DNA of 63,451 nucleotides, filler included, from Diploschistes diacapsis (lineage: Eukaryota): NCBI GenBank assembly GCA_023645945.1. It is 6 parts of 6 records of this genome, joined end to end, with 100 filler letters (N's around TTAATTAATTAA, not from the genome) between each part and the next. Parts side by side here need not be neighbours in the genome. Positions count along the whole stretch, not along the records: positions 1 to 10,533 come from JALAIB010000917.1; positions 10,634 to 21,164 come from JALAIB010000918.1; 4 more parts are not named here. One strand, 5' to 3'. A model generated the notes under the pieces. It made no database searches, was not told the origin of the DNA, and saw only the letters and a program-made list of their open reading frames with translations. The translations under genes and the position numbers were made by a program. Numbering within the stretch: position 1 is the stretch's first letter; each line of letters starts with the position of its first letter. Below are positions 1-11,628 of the stretch, piece after piece.

Positions 1-672
1 ATCAAGGGGTGGGTGAGAAGCGCGGGGGCGGGAGACGGCGAGGGAGAGGGCGAGCAGAGGACGTACACGCTCGGCGCGCTCGTGCAGAGCAATTTCGGCG
101 CGCAGTGGGACCTGCATATCGGTCGCGTGCCGGTCGGGAAACTGATGATGGACCCCGACCGGCGGCGGGCGTGGGAGAAGAACCTGCACCCCGAGAGCCC
201 GGGCTCGGGGTCGCCGGAGGACCTGCCGCAAGCTGCAAGCACGGGCGCGAGCACGAGAAAGGAAGAAGCGAGCAAGGACGGCTCCATCATCGTCGTCCTG
301 GCCACCGACGCCCCGCTGTCGTCGCAGCAGCTCGAGCGCCTGGCGAAGCGCGCCACGGTCGGCCTGGCGCGTGTGGGCGGCTGGGGCAGTAACACGTCCG
401 GCGACGTGTTTCTGGCCTTCTCGACGGCCGAGAGCCTGGCGTCGCCGCGGGAGCCCGGCCGCAGCTTCGAGGTGAGGATCGAGCGGAGGGCGGAGGTGGT
501 GCATGACCAGTGCTTGAACGGACTGTTTGAGTGTGCGGCCGATGCGGTGGAGGAGGCAATATATAATAGTCTTTGCATGGCGAGGACGACGGTGGGGCCG
601 GAGGGGCTGGTGGCCGAGGAGATTGATTTGGGGGTGTTGGCGGACTTGTTGGAGAGGTATTATGTTAGGTAG
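1..672 (+). CDS. Peptidase family S58 (DmpA-like aminopeptidase), 3' part; 5' end outside the window
   Basis: Motifs YTLGALVQSNFG, KDGSIIVVLATDAPL, RLAKRATVGLARVG, SGDVFLAFST and AVEEAIYNSL are typical of DmpA/S58. Codon usage is GC-rich and the frame is open from the window start. Confidence 0.9.
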   Translation: MKGWVRSAGAGDGEGEGEQRTYTLGALVQSNFGAQWDLHIGRVPVGKLMMDPDRRRAWEKNLHPESPGSGSPEDLPQAASTGASTRKEEASKDGSIIVVLATDAPLSSQQLERLAKRATVGLARVGGWGSNTSGDVFLAFSTAESLASPREPGRSFEVRIERRAEVVHDQCLNGLFECAADAVEEAIYNSLCMARTTVGPEGLVAEEIDLGVLADLLERYYVR

Positions 673-999
673 GGCGAGGTAGAGGAAGTGGAAGGGGCGA
701 GAAATGTGTTTGGGGATGGTGTATCCAAATCTAGCTTACTGTTGCTTCATGACCCATGACCAGGCAATAATGCTCTCTTATCGTGAACATTCTACCCAAT
801 GCGCAAACCAGATACTGAAATCGAAGAAGAACAAATTACATGCCGGGCCACTAACTTCCTATCGGCCCCTGGCCCTACCAATGTCCCTTGTTCAACATCG
901 CGTTCTAACAACCTCCAAGGGCAACAAGTTTGAACATCCGTGGGAAAATGTTGCCAGAAACGATAGATTGATGCCGGCCTCTCCTTTCAGGTTTCAGTG

Positions 1000-3900
1000 C
1001 ATAACCCCCCCCCCCCTAACAGTCTTAACTGGTTTCGGCTGGATGGAAGACTTCAGACAATGCCATCCATGGGTTCGATCTATTGTACCACCCTTCTTCC
1101 TCAATCGAAAGGCATACAGAAATTTCCCGTTGTTAGGATCCCTTCCTTAATCAACAATACTTTCGATCGCTCATCATCGGCGCCACTTTCTCCTATCGGT
1201 TTGGGATCCTTAACTTAGTTCTTTAATCCTGAGCATTGCCGACGGTCTGCACTTCGTCTTCGTTTGCGGTCTTCTGAGTTACTGCCCTCCCACACTCTTT
1301 ACGTTCTGGTATCTAGGCGAATGTTGCACCTATCTCTATAGCTAACGACTAGAAGAGATTGAGACTCGCCGCACCTACTTATGTTCTGGTTGATCGCAGC
1401 AAAGAATAATCCGTAGGCTGCTGCAAACAGAGTCCACTATTGTGACTTCCAGCAGCAAGCCCTTTTTTACTATATGATGGGTGCGTTGGAAACAAGCCTG
1501 GCCCTGTGTTCTTGGTCTTTGTTTCTGTTCAGATCTCGAAGAAGCTGGACGTCCAAACTCGAGGGATCCCTGAAATTTCAAAAGAGAAATATCAATATAT
1601 CGCTCGAGTAGATAACGGTCTGTATCCGGTTGATATGTTCCAATGGCGTGTTAAGGTTGCGTGTAGCGCCCCTGTAAAATATAGAACTCATGTTTCAATG
1701 AGAAGCCAATGAGACGATTCGCATACTTCTTTGCTTCACGGGTAATCGGAAGTGAAGACAAGGAAGGATTCTCCTTAAGAACTTTCCTCTGTGATCAGAA
1801 AGTGTGCCCTTCTATAGGTGTGCCAAAAGCTTGCTACCGGCTATACAGTTAGCAACAGAGACAGATCCGTATCCATCAAGCTACGTAGCCATATGATAAT
1901 CTGGTTGAACCTTTTCTCGAGACCCTGTAGGTTTGGTATTGAATGTTAAGTCCTCGTTAGAAGACACTCAACCAGGTAGAAAAGGTATTAGCTGGTCACA
2001 TCCTATCGGACACGCAGTGGTATTAAAGGACACGAACGAGAAGGTTAACTAGAGTTAAGTGCAGATGAGGAAAAAGAGCCTGGCTGAAAGGCGGATATAA
2101 ATGCTTAGTATGTTTTCAGCATAAAAACCAGCTCTTGGGGACGCAGCGTTTAGTATCTCGACATGTTTAGAAAGGTAGAAGTGAGCTGTCGTTTTATCAA
2201 GGCAGTATCCACAAGACCTACACCGTTTTGCTCACTGTCGATTCGCAAAAGTTCTTGCTTCGATCCTATGCTTGTTGTGATAGCATTGGTAGACAAGCAG
2301 GCCCCCCATCTGTTCTTCATCATCGTTCAGGGCTTCTGGGTTATCAGAGTCTGCTCTGGCGCCTATCTCGAGATGTTCGTACGCCCCCTGCGAGACAAAG
2401 ATTTCTGGTTTTTCCTGTAAGCTTGATCCGCCAATGGTGATGCTGGTGGATATCTTCATAGCATTCGAAACTCGAGCGTCATTTGACGCAGAGGACAGTA
2501 CAGTCTCTTTTAATGTATATAGTTGGAGAGCGATTTCCAAGGCCTCTAATTATTGGTCTTGCGGCAGTATCTCTACGGCCCCCGTAGATTAGTTAGGCAG
2601 TAACCTTAGAGCCCATATAAGGCGATATGTGCCTAGGGATTGCAGAGATATATCGAGATCTATGATGCTCACAAGAAACCCAAACTCCGATATCTCAATA
2701 GTTGGGTTCGATTTTGACCAATCTTTATTGATTTGGCGAGCATGTTCTGGCTTGTTTAAAACGATCAAGACACTATGAACCTAAAGTACCTTGACTGGAC
2801 CTTAGGTTGCTATCGCCGTGCTATCATTTATGAGACTTAATTATTCAGCAAGTCCAAGAACCTCGTGATCCATTCTTGTCAAAGAATTACTCAGATTAGT
2901 TTATACCTATAGGTAGCCAACAATAGAACAATAGCTTCTCTGTTCTATGCCCTATACACTGATTTTGGAGTTGTTATCAACCTATAAATAATAATAATCT
3001 GCAGCCTCATGGCTTTCATAGGTGGGAGAAGCGTGTAACTCGACATAAGAAAATACACTTAATACTCAGGGATCCTCAGAGATTCCTGCCATGCTACCCT
3101 CTAATAAAGCTTATCAATAAATAATGGGAGTTTGGGAGGCTTTCGGACCATTTCTTGAGGTGTTATAAGCTCAACACCCCTGATGGTTGACCTCCTTGGA
3201 TAATTTCATACTTACTATGCCTAGTAACACCGAGCAGGTCCAGAACTTGGATCGGGACATGTATTTCGAAGCTCTGACTAGTCGTAGATTGAGCTTTTCC
3301 GTCGAGATAGTGCTCAAAGATACCTGCTTGCTGATCCTAACTGTAGCGTTATGATCCGTAAAGAAGATGCCAGGCGTAACTTCGCTAGATTCGATTAAAT
3401 AACGTACTTTGCTAGGAATAAAATAGATTCGATTCTATTATAGGCAGAATGGCCGTAAGAATGAATCAAACGTAGTACCTTTTTGACGCGGTACAGCAAT
3501 TTTATGCCAAAGAGTTTTGCTGGCATCGATATCGCCGTTAAATGCGGCGCTTCCGATTTAGATGTATCAGAATATTATTTTTGGCAAAGTTTCTCATAGC
3601 TGTCAAATGCTAAAAGTTCTTTCTCAGTAAGTATCTTCAGCCTCTGTCTCTCCGCTGCAGAATGGTGCGCCGGTTATGCAAGCATCAATTTTGATAACTA
3701 TCAGTGGTGACAGAAAATGCGGAAAACAGTATGTGTATCCCCCTTGGCCGCTAAACCAACCCAGAGGCGAACTCCGTGTTTTCGAGGATCCGGTAGATAT
3801 CCTGTGACTAAGAATGAGAGTAGTGACCTAGTTAGGTACGCTGTTGTACAAGGGTGACGGCTTGATTCTCCAGGAACTCAAGATCAGTGCCCCTGATTGA

Positions 3901-4000
3901 GCCCGAAAGCATCGCAGAGACTGCTGTCTAATAACGCAGAGAGACTAACACGCTAGAGAGGATTAGAATCGAGTCATTCATAATGGTGAAATTTCCCTTA
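1000..4000 (-). pseudogene. Degenerate large ORF of unknown family (RIP-like decay); boundaries approximate
   Basis: One minus-strand frame from about 2880 to 2232 reads protein-like (QEWITRFLDLLNN*...KPEHARQINKDWSKSNPTIEISEFGFLV...LIWALRLLPN*...Q*LEALEIALQLYTLKETVLS) with scattered TAA/TAG stops. Further fragments lie at 1375-1581. The region is TpA-rich. Confidence 0.4.
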
Positions 4001-4698
4001 CCGGATAAATAGTGGCAAAGGAGGGCTGGAAGACAATAAAAGTCCCGAAGCTGTTCTTCCATTCATCACCACTAACGCCTTTTTCCTAAAGCTTAGCTAA
4101 CTCTTGTGCTCCAGATCAACTACCCTCGGAGGTATCTCGTTTCTTGTGACCCCTTATCTTTATCGGGGCTCCGTATACGTGGCACTTTAGCTATGTTAAA
4201 CATGATACGCACCTAAGCCTATGTACAACATGCTGAATGTCCAGTTCCTTGGATGAACAAAATAAAAATTTTGTGATTTCTTAGGGAAATCTTGTGTAAG
4301 ATGGCAGCAGAGTCGGAATAACTGGTTCTCCAAGATTTCCTTAGTTTTCGAAGAAAAGGGTGGCAGCTCTTGGAAGCTCCATATACCAAAAATACGAGCA
4401 CACTGATCTTCCTAAAACACTTTATATAGTAGTTTAAGGACCTTGTTAGTCAAGAGAATGAGCATTTATATCTTCACAATACCTACGAAAGTACCCATTA
4501 GCGCATCATAAAAGGCTTCTATGCCACTATAGTAATGTTCTTGCAAGTCTTGGTGAAGTTTTCTTGGTTAAATCTATACATTACGCAGAAATTACTTCTA
4601 TATACGGCCACCGGCTAGAGAATGATTTATCCCATCCGAACAACCATAATACTTTCCTAACGGGTATTGACCATCTTAAGGAGTGAGGGTAAGAGCGA

Positions 4699-5977
4699 TC
4701 AGACTGCCATTCCAACAGCCGCAACGTCCTTCGTGACCGAATCTTCATCTTCGGCCCCCTCATTGCGTACCTTACGTTCCAACGGTCTTCTCAGCTCCGT
4801 TGCAATAGTATTGTTATGCGTATCACTCACCGTATCCCCCGACAGTGATCCTTCCACCTCGTCCAGCTCGTTGTACGGGCTATCGCCCTTCAGCCAGCGA
4901 TTTCCGCGACCGGGACCAGGGCCTTTCACAGAATTGTTGGGCGACGACTGAGCGGAGACACCAAACAGTTGGCTGATCCTGGCAAGGAAGATGCGCATGA
5001 TGGGTAGACAGATGGCGATGATGCCGAGGCAGGGATGGATGATGGACCACTACTGCGATTCGGCTAGATCGTACGTGTAGTCTGAGGCGCCGAAAGAGGA
5101 GCCAGTCAAGACGAGGCGGACTATTGCGGCAGCGCAGTCGCTGTTGGGGGCAGAAACTTAGTTGTATTCGGGTACGGGTTGTGGTACAGTACTTACGCTA
5201 GCCCAAGGGCGAAAATGAGGGTCAGGCCAAGTCGCTGTTGAAGACCCAGCTGGAGTTGCCATATCCGTGGAATAGGCGTGAGCCAGATAAGAAAGTCGAA
5301 GATGATGTTAGGAACGGCATAAGCATAAACCTAGATGGTACTGTTGGCATCCACCAGGGACAACTGGATCATTGGGAAGGCCTACCCAGATTTTCAGGAC
5401 GATGCAGGTCCCTTGATTCGTCCAAAACGCTTCCACCGGCATGCAGTTGAAGATGGACACGAGTACCGAAGTGATTCCCCAGAACCCCATGATACAGAGC
5501 ATTATGGTCACGAACTTGGTGAACTTCGAAGTGATGAATATACGCTTGTAAAGGAATAACGCGGATATCTTTACGGTCAAGGGAGCGAGGACATAGAAGA
5601 TCTGATAAAAGTACAGGAGCTTGCGGACCATGGTTTGATCATCTGGAGAAACCGTTTGGATGTGTTGACCCAAGCCATACGACAAAGCTGCCGACGTTAC
5701 TCAGTAATGGTCAATAGAGGATGGTGCCTTGCAGGCTTACAAGCATCCACAAGTCCATAGAAAGCCCACACCTAGATCTGACTCAACATCAGCGTTCGAT
5801 AATATGGAGAGCTTTTAAGCAGCATACCAGCGCAACAAGCGCCGTCCAATCATCGTACCATAATTCTATGCCCTTCAACCGCCGGGCGGTAATTGTTGCA
5901 AGAGTGGCGAATGTAGTGTTGATAGCGACTGTCTCCGATATGAGATTATCTGAGAAGTCTGCACTGGTCGAAGTCAT
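4699..5977 (-). pseudogene. Pth11-like (fungal rhodopsin-domain) integral membrane protein, probably pseudogenised
   Basis: Spliced exons give WYDDWTALVAL, YGLGQHI, KISALFLYKRIF, FNCMPVEAFW, PNIIFDFLIWLTPIPRIWQLQL and IIAICLPIMR. There is an in-frame TAG at about 5050 (LAESQ*WSII), and TM1 looks shortened. Confidence 0.8.
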
Positions 5978-7149
5978 GCTGCAACGTCAAGTCATTCGAC
6001 TCGCCTTATGGCTGAACGACCCACGTTGAACTCATGAACCAGTATACTCCACCACCACAAATTCACCACGGACGTTTGGCTACTATGGCATCTTCAAGAA
6101 AAGATTGAAAAATCCAGAGGTCGGTGGATTTCCATGAAAGTTATAACTCGTACCGTGGACTTAGGAGATTTTGATCATCTTGCTTAAGTTAATAACGGGT
6201 GGGAAGATATTGGGCGATAGCTAGGGTATTATTGACTGACTGGGAGCCATGAAGCACCCCTGGCCCATGGCCTATGGCGGTCGAAGTCTACTAAGTGCTG
6301 AGCAGCTAGTAGCCCCTGGAAGGAAAAGCGATCTTCATTGCCAAAAACTGGGGATGAAATAAACCGAATCCATCGCGTCGGGGTCATTGGTCCTCGGCTG
6401 CAGGAAACTTGTCGCAAGCGGGAGCGAATGAACTCATAGCAGATGGATCATCCAACTAAGCAGCGATCAGAACCATTTGGGTGAAATGGCCTCCGCTGTT
6501 GGAGACAAAGTAGATGGATCGTGCGGATGAAGCCCTTTCCACTTTACTTTTCTTTACTGTGTGATTGCGAGCCGAATCGACTTCACTGCTCCGACGCGTC
6601 TACAAGCACCCTTTCGAAAAGCAGAGAAGCGGTGTCGAGCACCGACGTGCTCTTTTTCATGGGCCGACTTAAGATCACCCGCCTCCACCAACCGTGGAAT
6701 AAGCACTAGATATCGGTCGCCAGGCTTGACTAGCACCAGGTTGGCGTGGTATAGCAGCGGCTTCTACCTTTGGATTATCCAGCGTTCCACTTTCGAAGAA
6801 GCTGGGATAGCCTAGGAATCGAAGATACTTATTCTATATATTTCGTACGAACAGAGTACTCTGTAAGACTGTAACTGCCGGATATGACGCCGCCATGACC
6901 GCCATTGCAAACTAGTGCCAGCGACTGGGTCTCTATTGTCCTGAACTCGGAATCGAAGAACTGCTGAGAACTATAGAAGAAGATGTCGCAAATGCTGCGT
7001 AACTAGGAAGACGACGATATGAAAATAAAAATGCAACATGGAGATGTTAGATGTTGTTGTGGGAGAATCTTTAATGACATAAGCAGGGAAAGGGGGAAAA
7101 ATCGGGCGCATAACGCGCATAAATTTCGGGTGATCCATCTGGTGATGAA

Positions 7150-8538
7150 GTACATTAGCAGGATCAACTAACGATTGCACCACACTTTACCCACCCCCTC
7201 TTTGTGCAGACATCTTTTCCCTCTTGAGAAATGCAACGAAGATTGATTCATACGGTAGGTCAATTGCGTCTTCGAGCTGCTACCGGATAGAGCTCTTGCT
7301 CGGGCAAGCGAACTCGATGAACACCTTCGTAAATACAAAACTCCAATGGGACCCCTGCATGGTCTTCCCATCAGCATCAAAGCAAGGATTTCCATGAAAG
7401 GTCTGAGGAAAGGTGGAGGCTTTGTAGGAGACTACGAAGAGAGTAGCCAAGATGATGCAGATATCTTGAAGATCTTCTGGAAGGCGGGTGCAGTCTTCTA
7501 TGTCCGAACCATAGAGCCTCAAGCGCTTGTATGTCGGTTTCGAAGCCCTCTTTGCTAGTGGTCTAGATGATGCTACGAGTGTACATACGCCGGTTGCTTA
7601 CCATCATAGATGATGCTTGAAACGACGAGCAACGTTACGGGCATCACCACGAATCCCCACAACATAAACACCACCTGTGGTGGGTTTACTTTTCGGGACG
7701 GCCAACGCCAACTTAATGTGGGCGTCATGTGGGATGACCTTGTCGTGAAGCCCGTTGCACCAGTTGCTAGGGCTCTGGAGGAGGTCGTTGATAAATTGAG
7801 ATCTTTGGAAGGCTTCACAGTGTCCCAGTGGATTCCGTATCAGCACGACCGTGCGATGAAGATTCTGGTATTGCTCTATTCATACTGAGAATTAGACCTA
7901 TGCTGATTTTCTCCCTTCACACAGGAGAAGCTCTATGCACCAGATGGCGGCAAGGCAATGCTCAAAGCCTGCGGGAAGACAGGGGAGCCTTCGCACCCGC
8001 TCATTTCCTATCGCATGGTCGACGGCCCAGGCCTGGAGGAGCTATCACTTCACGGCGTATGGGAATGGACCAGACAGCGCGAATTGTATCGCTACTAGTA
8101 TCTGCAAGGTAAGCTCACCCAGAGCTCCTATCTCATTCACACTCACACTTGCACTCACGCATCCTAGAATGGAACCCGAAGGCCGCGGAAATGGACGTCA
8201 TCCTCTGCCCATACCTTCCAACCCCTGCTCCACTTCTGGAAACCACCCGCTACTGGGGCTACACATCCATCTGGAACCTACTCGACTACCCAGCAGCTGT
8301 TTTCCCCGTCACCAGCGTGGATCCGGAGATCGACGAAGATACATCAGAATATTCGCCACGTAACGATATGGACGAGTGGGTCCGAAAACACTACAACGCG
8401 GTTGAGCAGCGCGATGCGCCGGTCAGTCTACAGCTGGTGGGAAAGAGGATGGATGACGAGAGGGTTGTGCGTGCGCTGGAAATCATAAAGGAAGCGGCCG
8501 GTCTGCCGTTTTTGGACTGCCTCCAAGGTCCAAAGTGA
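7150..8538 (+). pseudogene. Amidase-signature (acetamidase-like) gene with an internal deletion; 5' end approximate
   Basis: GPLHGLPISIK, AGAVFYVRT.EPQ, TTNPHN, VGVMWDD.VVKP, MDVILCP and YWGYTSIWNLLDYPAAVFPVT are present. The GGSSGG...GTDIGGS segment expected after NPHNINTTCGG (about 7682) is absent. Confidence 0.85.
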
Positions 8539-9364
8539 CAAGGCTCGCTATAGTTGTAAGTATTGTATATGCAGACAAAACCACGTCATTTGCGACGCCA
8601 TCACAGGCACAGGGACGCTTTCTATGTCTTGTGAGCTTAGCTCTTCTGGGATAGTGGTTGGAGATCCTCTGCTTCAAGTAGGCAATGGATAGGCTCCATC
8701 TTCGCAGAAGTGCGGATATCGTAAGCGAACACAGCCAGCAACACCTCGTCGCGACAATTTTCGATCGCAACAGAATAGCACCGTCCGCCAAGCTCTTCCG
8801 CTATCGAAAACCCTGGTTAGAGACCAGAGTGTGTCTGATAGTTTTATCCTCCATTCGCTGTAGCAGAAAAATTTACGGTAAAGCTGGTGCCGCTTCGCTA
8901 AATCCGCTTCGTCCTATCTATGACCATACTCCTCGGTAAGCTAGAACATCGTCGGCTTGAACGTCAAAACAATAGCGTGGCTGATATACTAAACTAAGAA
9001 CGGCGGTCCAACACACCTTTACAACACTCCTCCCAACACTCCTCCCGAAGCTACTGCTTTCATTGGCCGCTCCCAGAATGTGGGGTTGATCGAAGATGCA
9101 GCTATCTACATGCCGGTCTGTCACGAAGAAACAGTGGGTGAGGTGAGGTGTGAGTGAGGTGTGCTACGGACTCGTGGAAAAGCGAATATGCAGGTTCAAA
9201 AAGCTAATGCGGCGATTCCATTGTATCGGCATGGCTTCCCGGTGAGCCTCAAATACCTGGGCCTTCGCCGTGTGAGTTGTGCTAGTCTTCGATGCTTCGT
9301 ACGGGCATGATGTATGATTGGGCGCGACACTACGTCTCATTGCTTTAAGTCAACGCTGTTCGGA

Positions 9365-10533
9365 ATGGCTACTTTACCCTTGGAAACGGCTACGGCGGGC
9401 ATTATGGATGAAAATGCCATCCCCGGAACAGGTATTTTCTTCTATCATTTCGCCCTGTGCAAAAGCGCTTATACTTTTCCAGTACACCTCGTCGACCTGG
9501 AGCATGTGATGCGCGCTAAACACGCCGGTCGCGACTCGGATATCGTTCTCGTCCCCCACACCCTCAAATGACTCGGACGACCCGCTCAACTGGGCGCCGC
9601 GCCGGAAGGCATTGGCGGCTGCGAGCATGTGCATGTACACCGTCATGGTTGGCATTGCGTCTGCGGCTATATACTCGGTTCTGGAGCCCATCTCGGTGGA
9701 CACGGGTTTGAGTCTGAGCGAGCTAGATGCTGGAACGGGCTACATGGTACACGTCTCAGCTAACGATGAGTGCGGTGCACCAGGCTTATCTGGTGCGATA
9801 TAGTTCCTGCTGTTTGGATGGGGTTGTCTGTTTTGGCAGCCTTTGGCCCTCAGGTATGGGAAGAGGCCCGTGTACCTGTTCTCGATATTAGCGACTTTGG
9901 TGAGCAAGTCAATGAAACTACTGCAGCTGTACTCGTTGGTTGATGGTCGCTTACCAACTGGCCAGGCAGTCATGGTGTGGACGCCTTACACCAGCAGTAA
10001 CGGACAGTATCTATCTGGCAAGCAAAATCCTGCAAGGCTTCTTCGGCGCTCCGATCGAGTCGCTCGTGGAAGTCTCGGTGGCAGATGTCTGGTTCCAGCA
10101 CGAGCGAGGGGCATACATTGGGCTCTATGCCTTCTCTCTGGCAGGAAGCAGTTACTTTGCCCCCGTCATCGCGGGCTTCATCACCGACGGTCAAGGGTGG
10201 CAGTGGGTATTTTATTGGTGTACCATCTTTCTGGCCATCGGCTTTGTGTTCTGCTTTTTCTTCATGGAGGAAACCAACTATGGTGGGACAACCCCTTCCA
10301 CAATGTGTAGGTAAACTAACCCAGTGCAAAGACCGCATCATTCCACCTCGATCGATGAACGCGATGTCACCACGTCATCGGATGTCGAAAGCTCCCTGCA
10401 CACCTTGACCGAAAAGCCCCAAGCCGACTCCCTACCTCCTGCAGCCAAAGCCACTCCCATCTCCAACGACCCTCTATCACCCCCACCCAAAAAGAAAAGC
10501 TACCTCTCCAAACTTTCCCTGCTCCCCCACACC
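9365..10533 (+). pseudogene. MFS transporter (HOL1/DHA1-like), frameshifted and truncated by the contig end
   Basis: PGT|VHLVDL, DIVLVP, DDPLNW, YGKRPVYL, LQGFFGAPIESL, HERGAY, GWQWVFYW and MEETNY are present. Frameshifts lie at about 9555 and at 10008-10015 (TATC duplication). Confidence 0.8.
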
Positions 10534-10633
10534 NNNNNNNNNNNNNNNNNNNNNNNNNNNNNNNNNNNNNNNNNNNNTTAATTAATTAANNNNNNNNNNN
10601 NNNNNNNNNNNNNNNNNNNNNNNNNNNNNNNNN
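10534..10633. other. Artificial contig spacer N44-TTAATTAATTAA-N44
   Basis: Identical 100-nt linker carrying stop codons in all six frames. Confidence 0.97.
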
Positions 10634-11628
10634 TTTTTTGGGTGCAGGGGAGGGGCAAGGGGGGGTGCTGTTGAGGGTTTTCGGTTGTCGATGTCCGATT
10701 TCCGGGTTTTTTTTGCGTGGGGAGGGGAGAGGTCGATGTTGTTGTTGCTGTGGCGTGTGGAGGGAAGGCGTGGAAGCGAAAAATGGAAATGGGAAATGGA
10801 TGGTGGACATGGGCCCCGGTCATGCATGGCATCGTCACGCAGCGTTTGCTTTTTCTGCTCGGCGTTGCTTACTTCCTCTCTTTCTCTTCTCCTCCTCTTC
10901 TGTTCTGTGCTGTTGGCTTTGCATCCATAGTTCTTCGGCAGGCATGTAAAGGTATGGGGCGGGTCGCGTCGGGGCGCTTGGTTGCTTTGGTTTTTTCGAC
11001 TGGGAAGATCAATTGGGTCTCGGTATATGGTATTACGAACAGCAGCGCCCTTGGGCAAGGGGGATGTTGAAGTTACTGCGCGAATAGATTATGCTGATGA
11101 AGATATTTGCGCCTGCAAATTAATGGCGCTCTTTTCCTTTACACTTGTTGCAGAAGGTCATTTTTCGAAAAGTTTTTGAGAGCCTTGGTTCTTGTGTCTA
11201 CTTCTCCATAATGCTCCTGCGCTTCGAGGAACTTGGCTTTGCGATGAAGCTCATGACGCTGCTGACGCCAACTTCGACGGCTCTGCGAACAGCCACTGCT
11301 TCTGACGGTGCCTACATATCGTGCCTTTCATGTCTCATGCCCTAATTTACCAGTCTACGCTCCGATCCTATCACACCCCGGGAAGCTACCTGTTTCCAGC
11401 CCTTGCAACTCCCATCACCGGTCTCTCCCTCAATCGTATCCAAGCATTAGACATTTAGTAAGCCAAGCACATCATGGCGATGGCGCAAAGTAATATCGAC
11501 AAGAAAAGGAATAACCATAGCACAGGATGCGAGGCGCCGTCATTCTCTATGCGTAACAAAGCCACTGCTAAAACGGATTGCAGATTCAGTTGATGCTCGC
11601 TTTATACATATATATATGGCATGTGAGA

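Noticed and set aside
10312..10314. Apparent TAA stop in the MFS gene
   Set aside because: Falls inside a plausible intron (GTGGGA...CTAACCCAG)
10578..10589. TTAATTAATTAA recurring about every 10.5 kb, resembling a regular repeat or CRISPR-like array
   Set aside because: Always embedded in N44 runs; it is an assembly linker with six-frame stops
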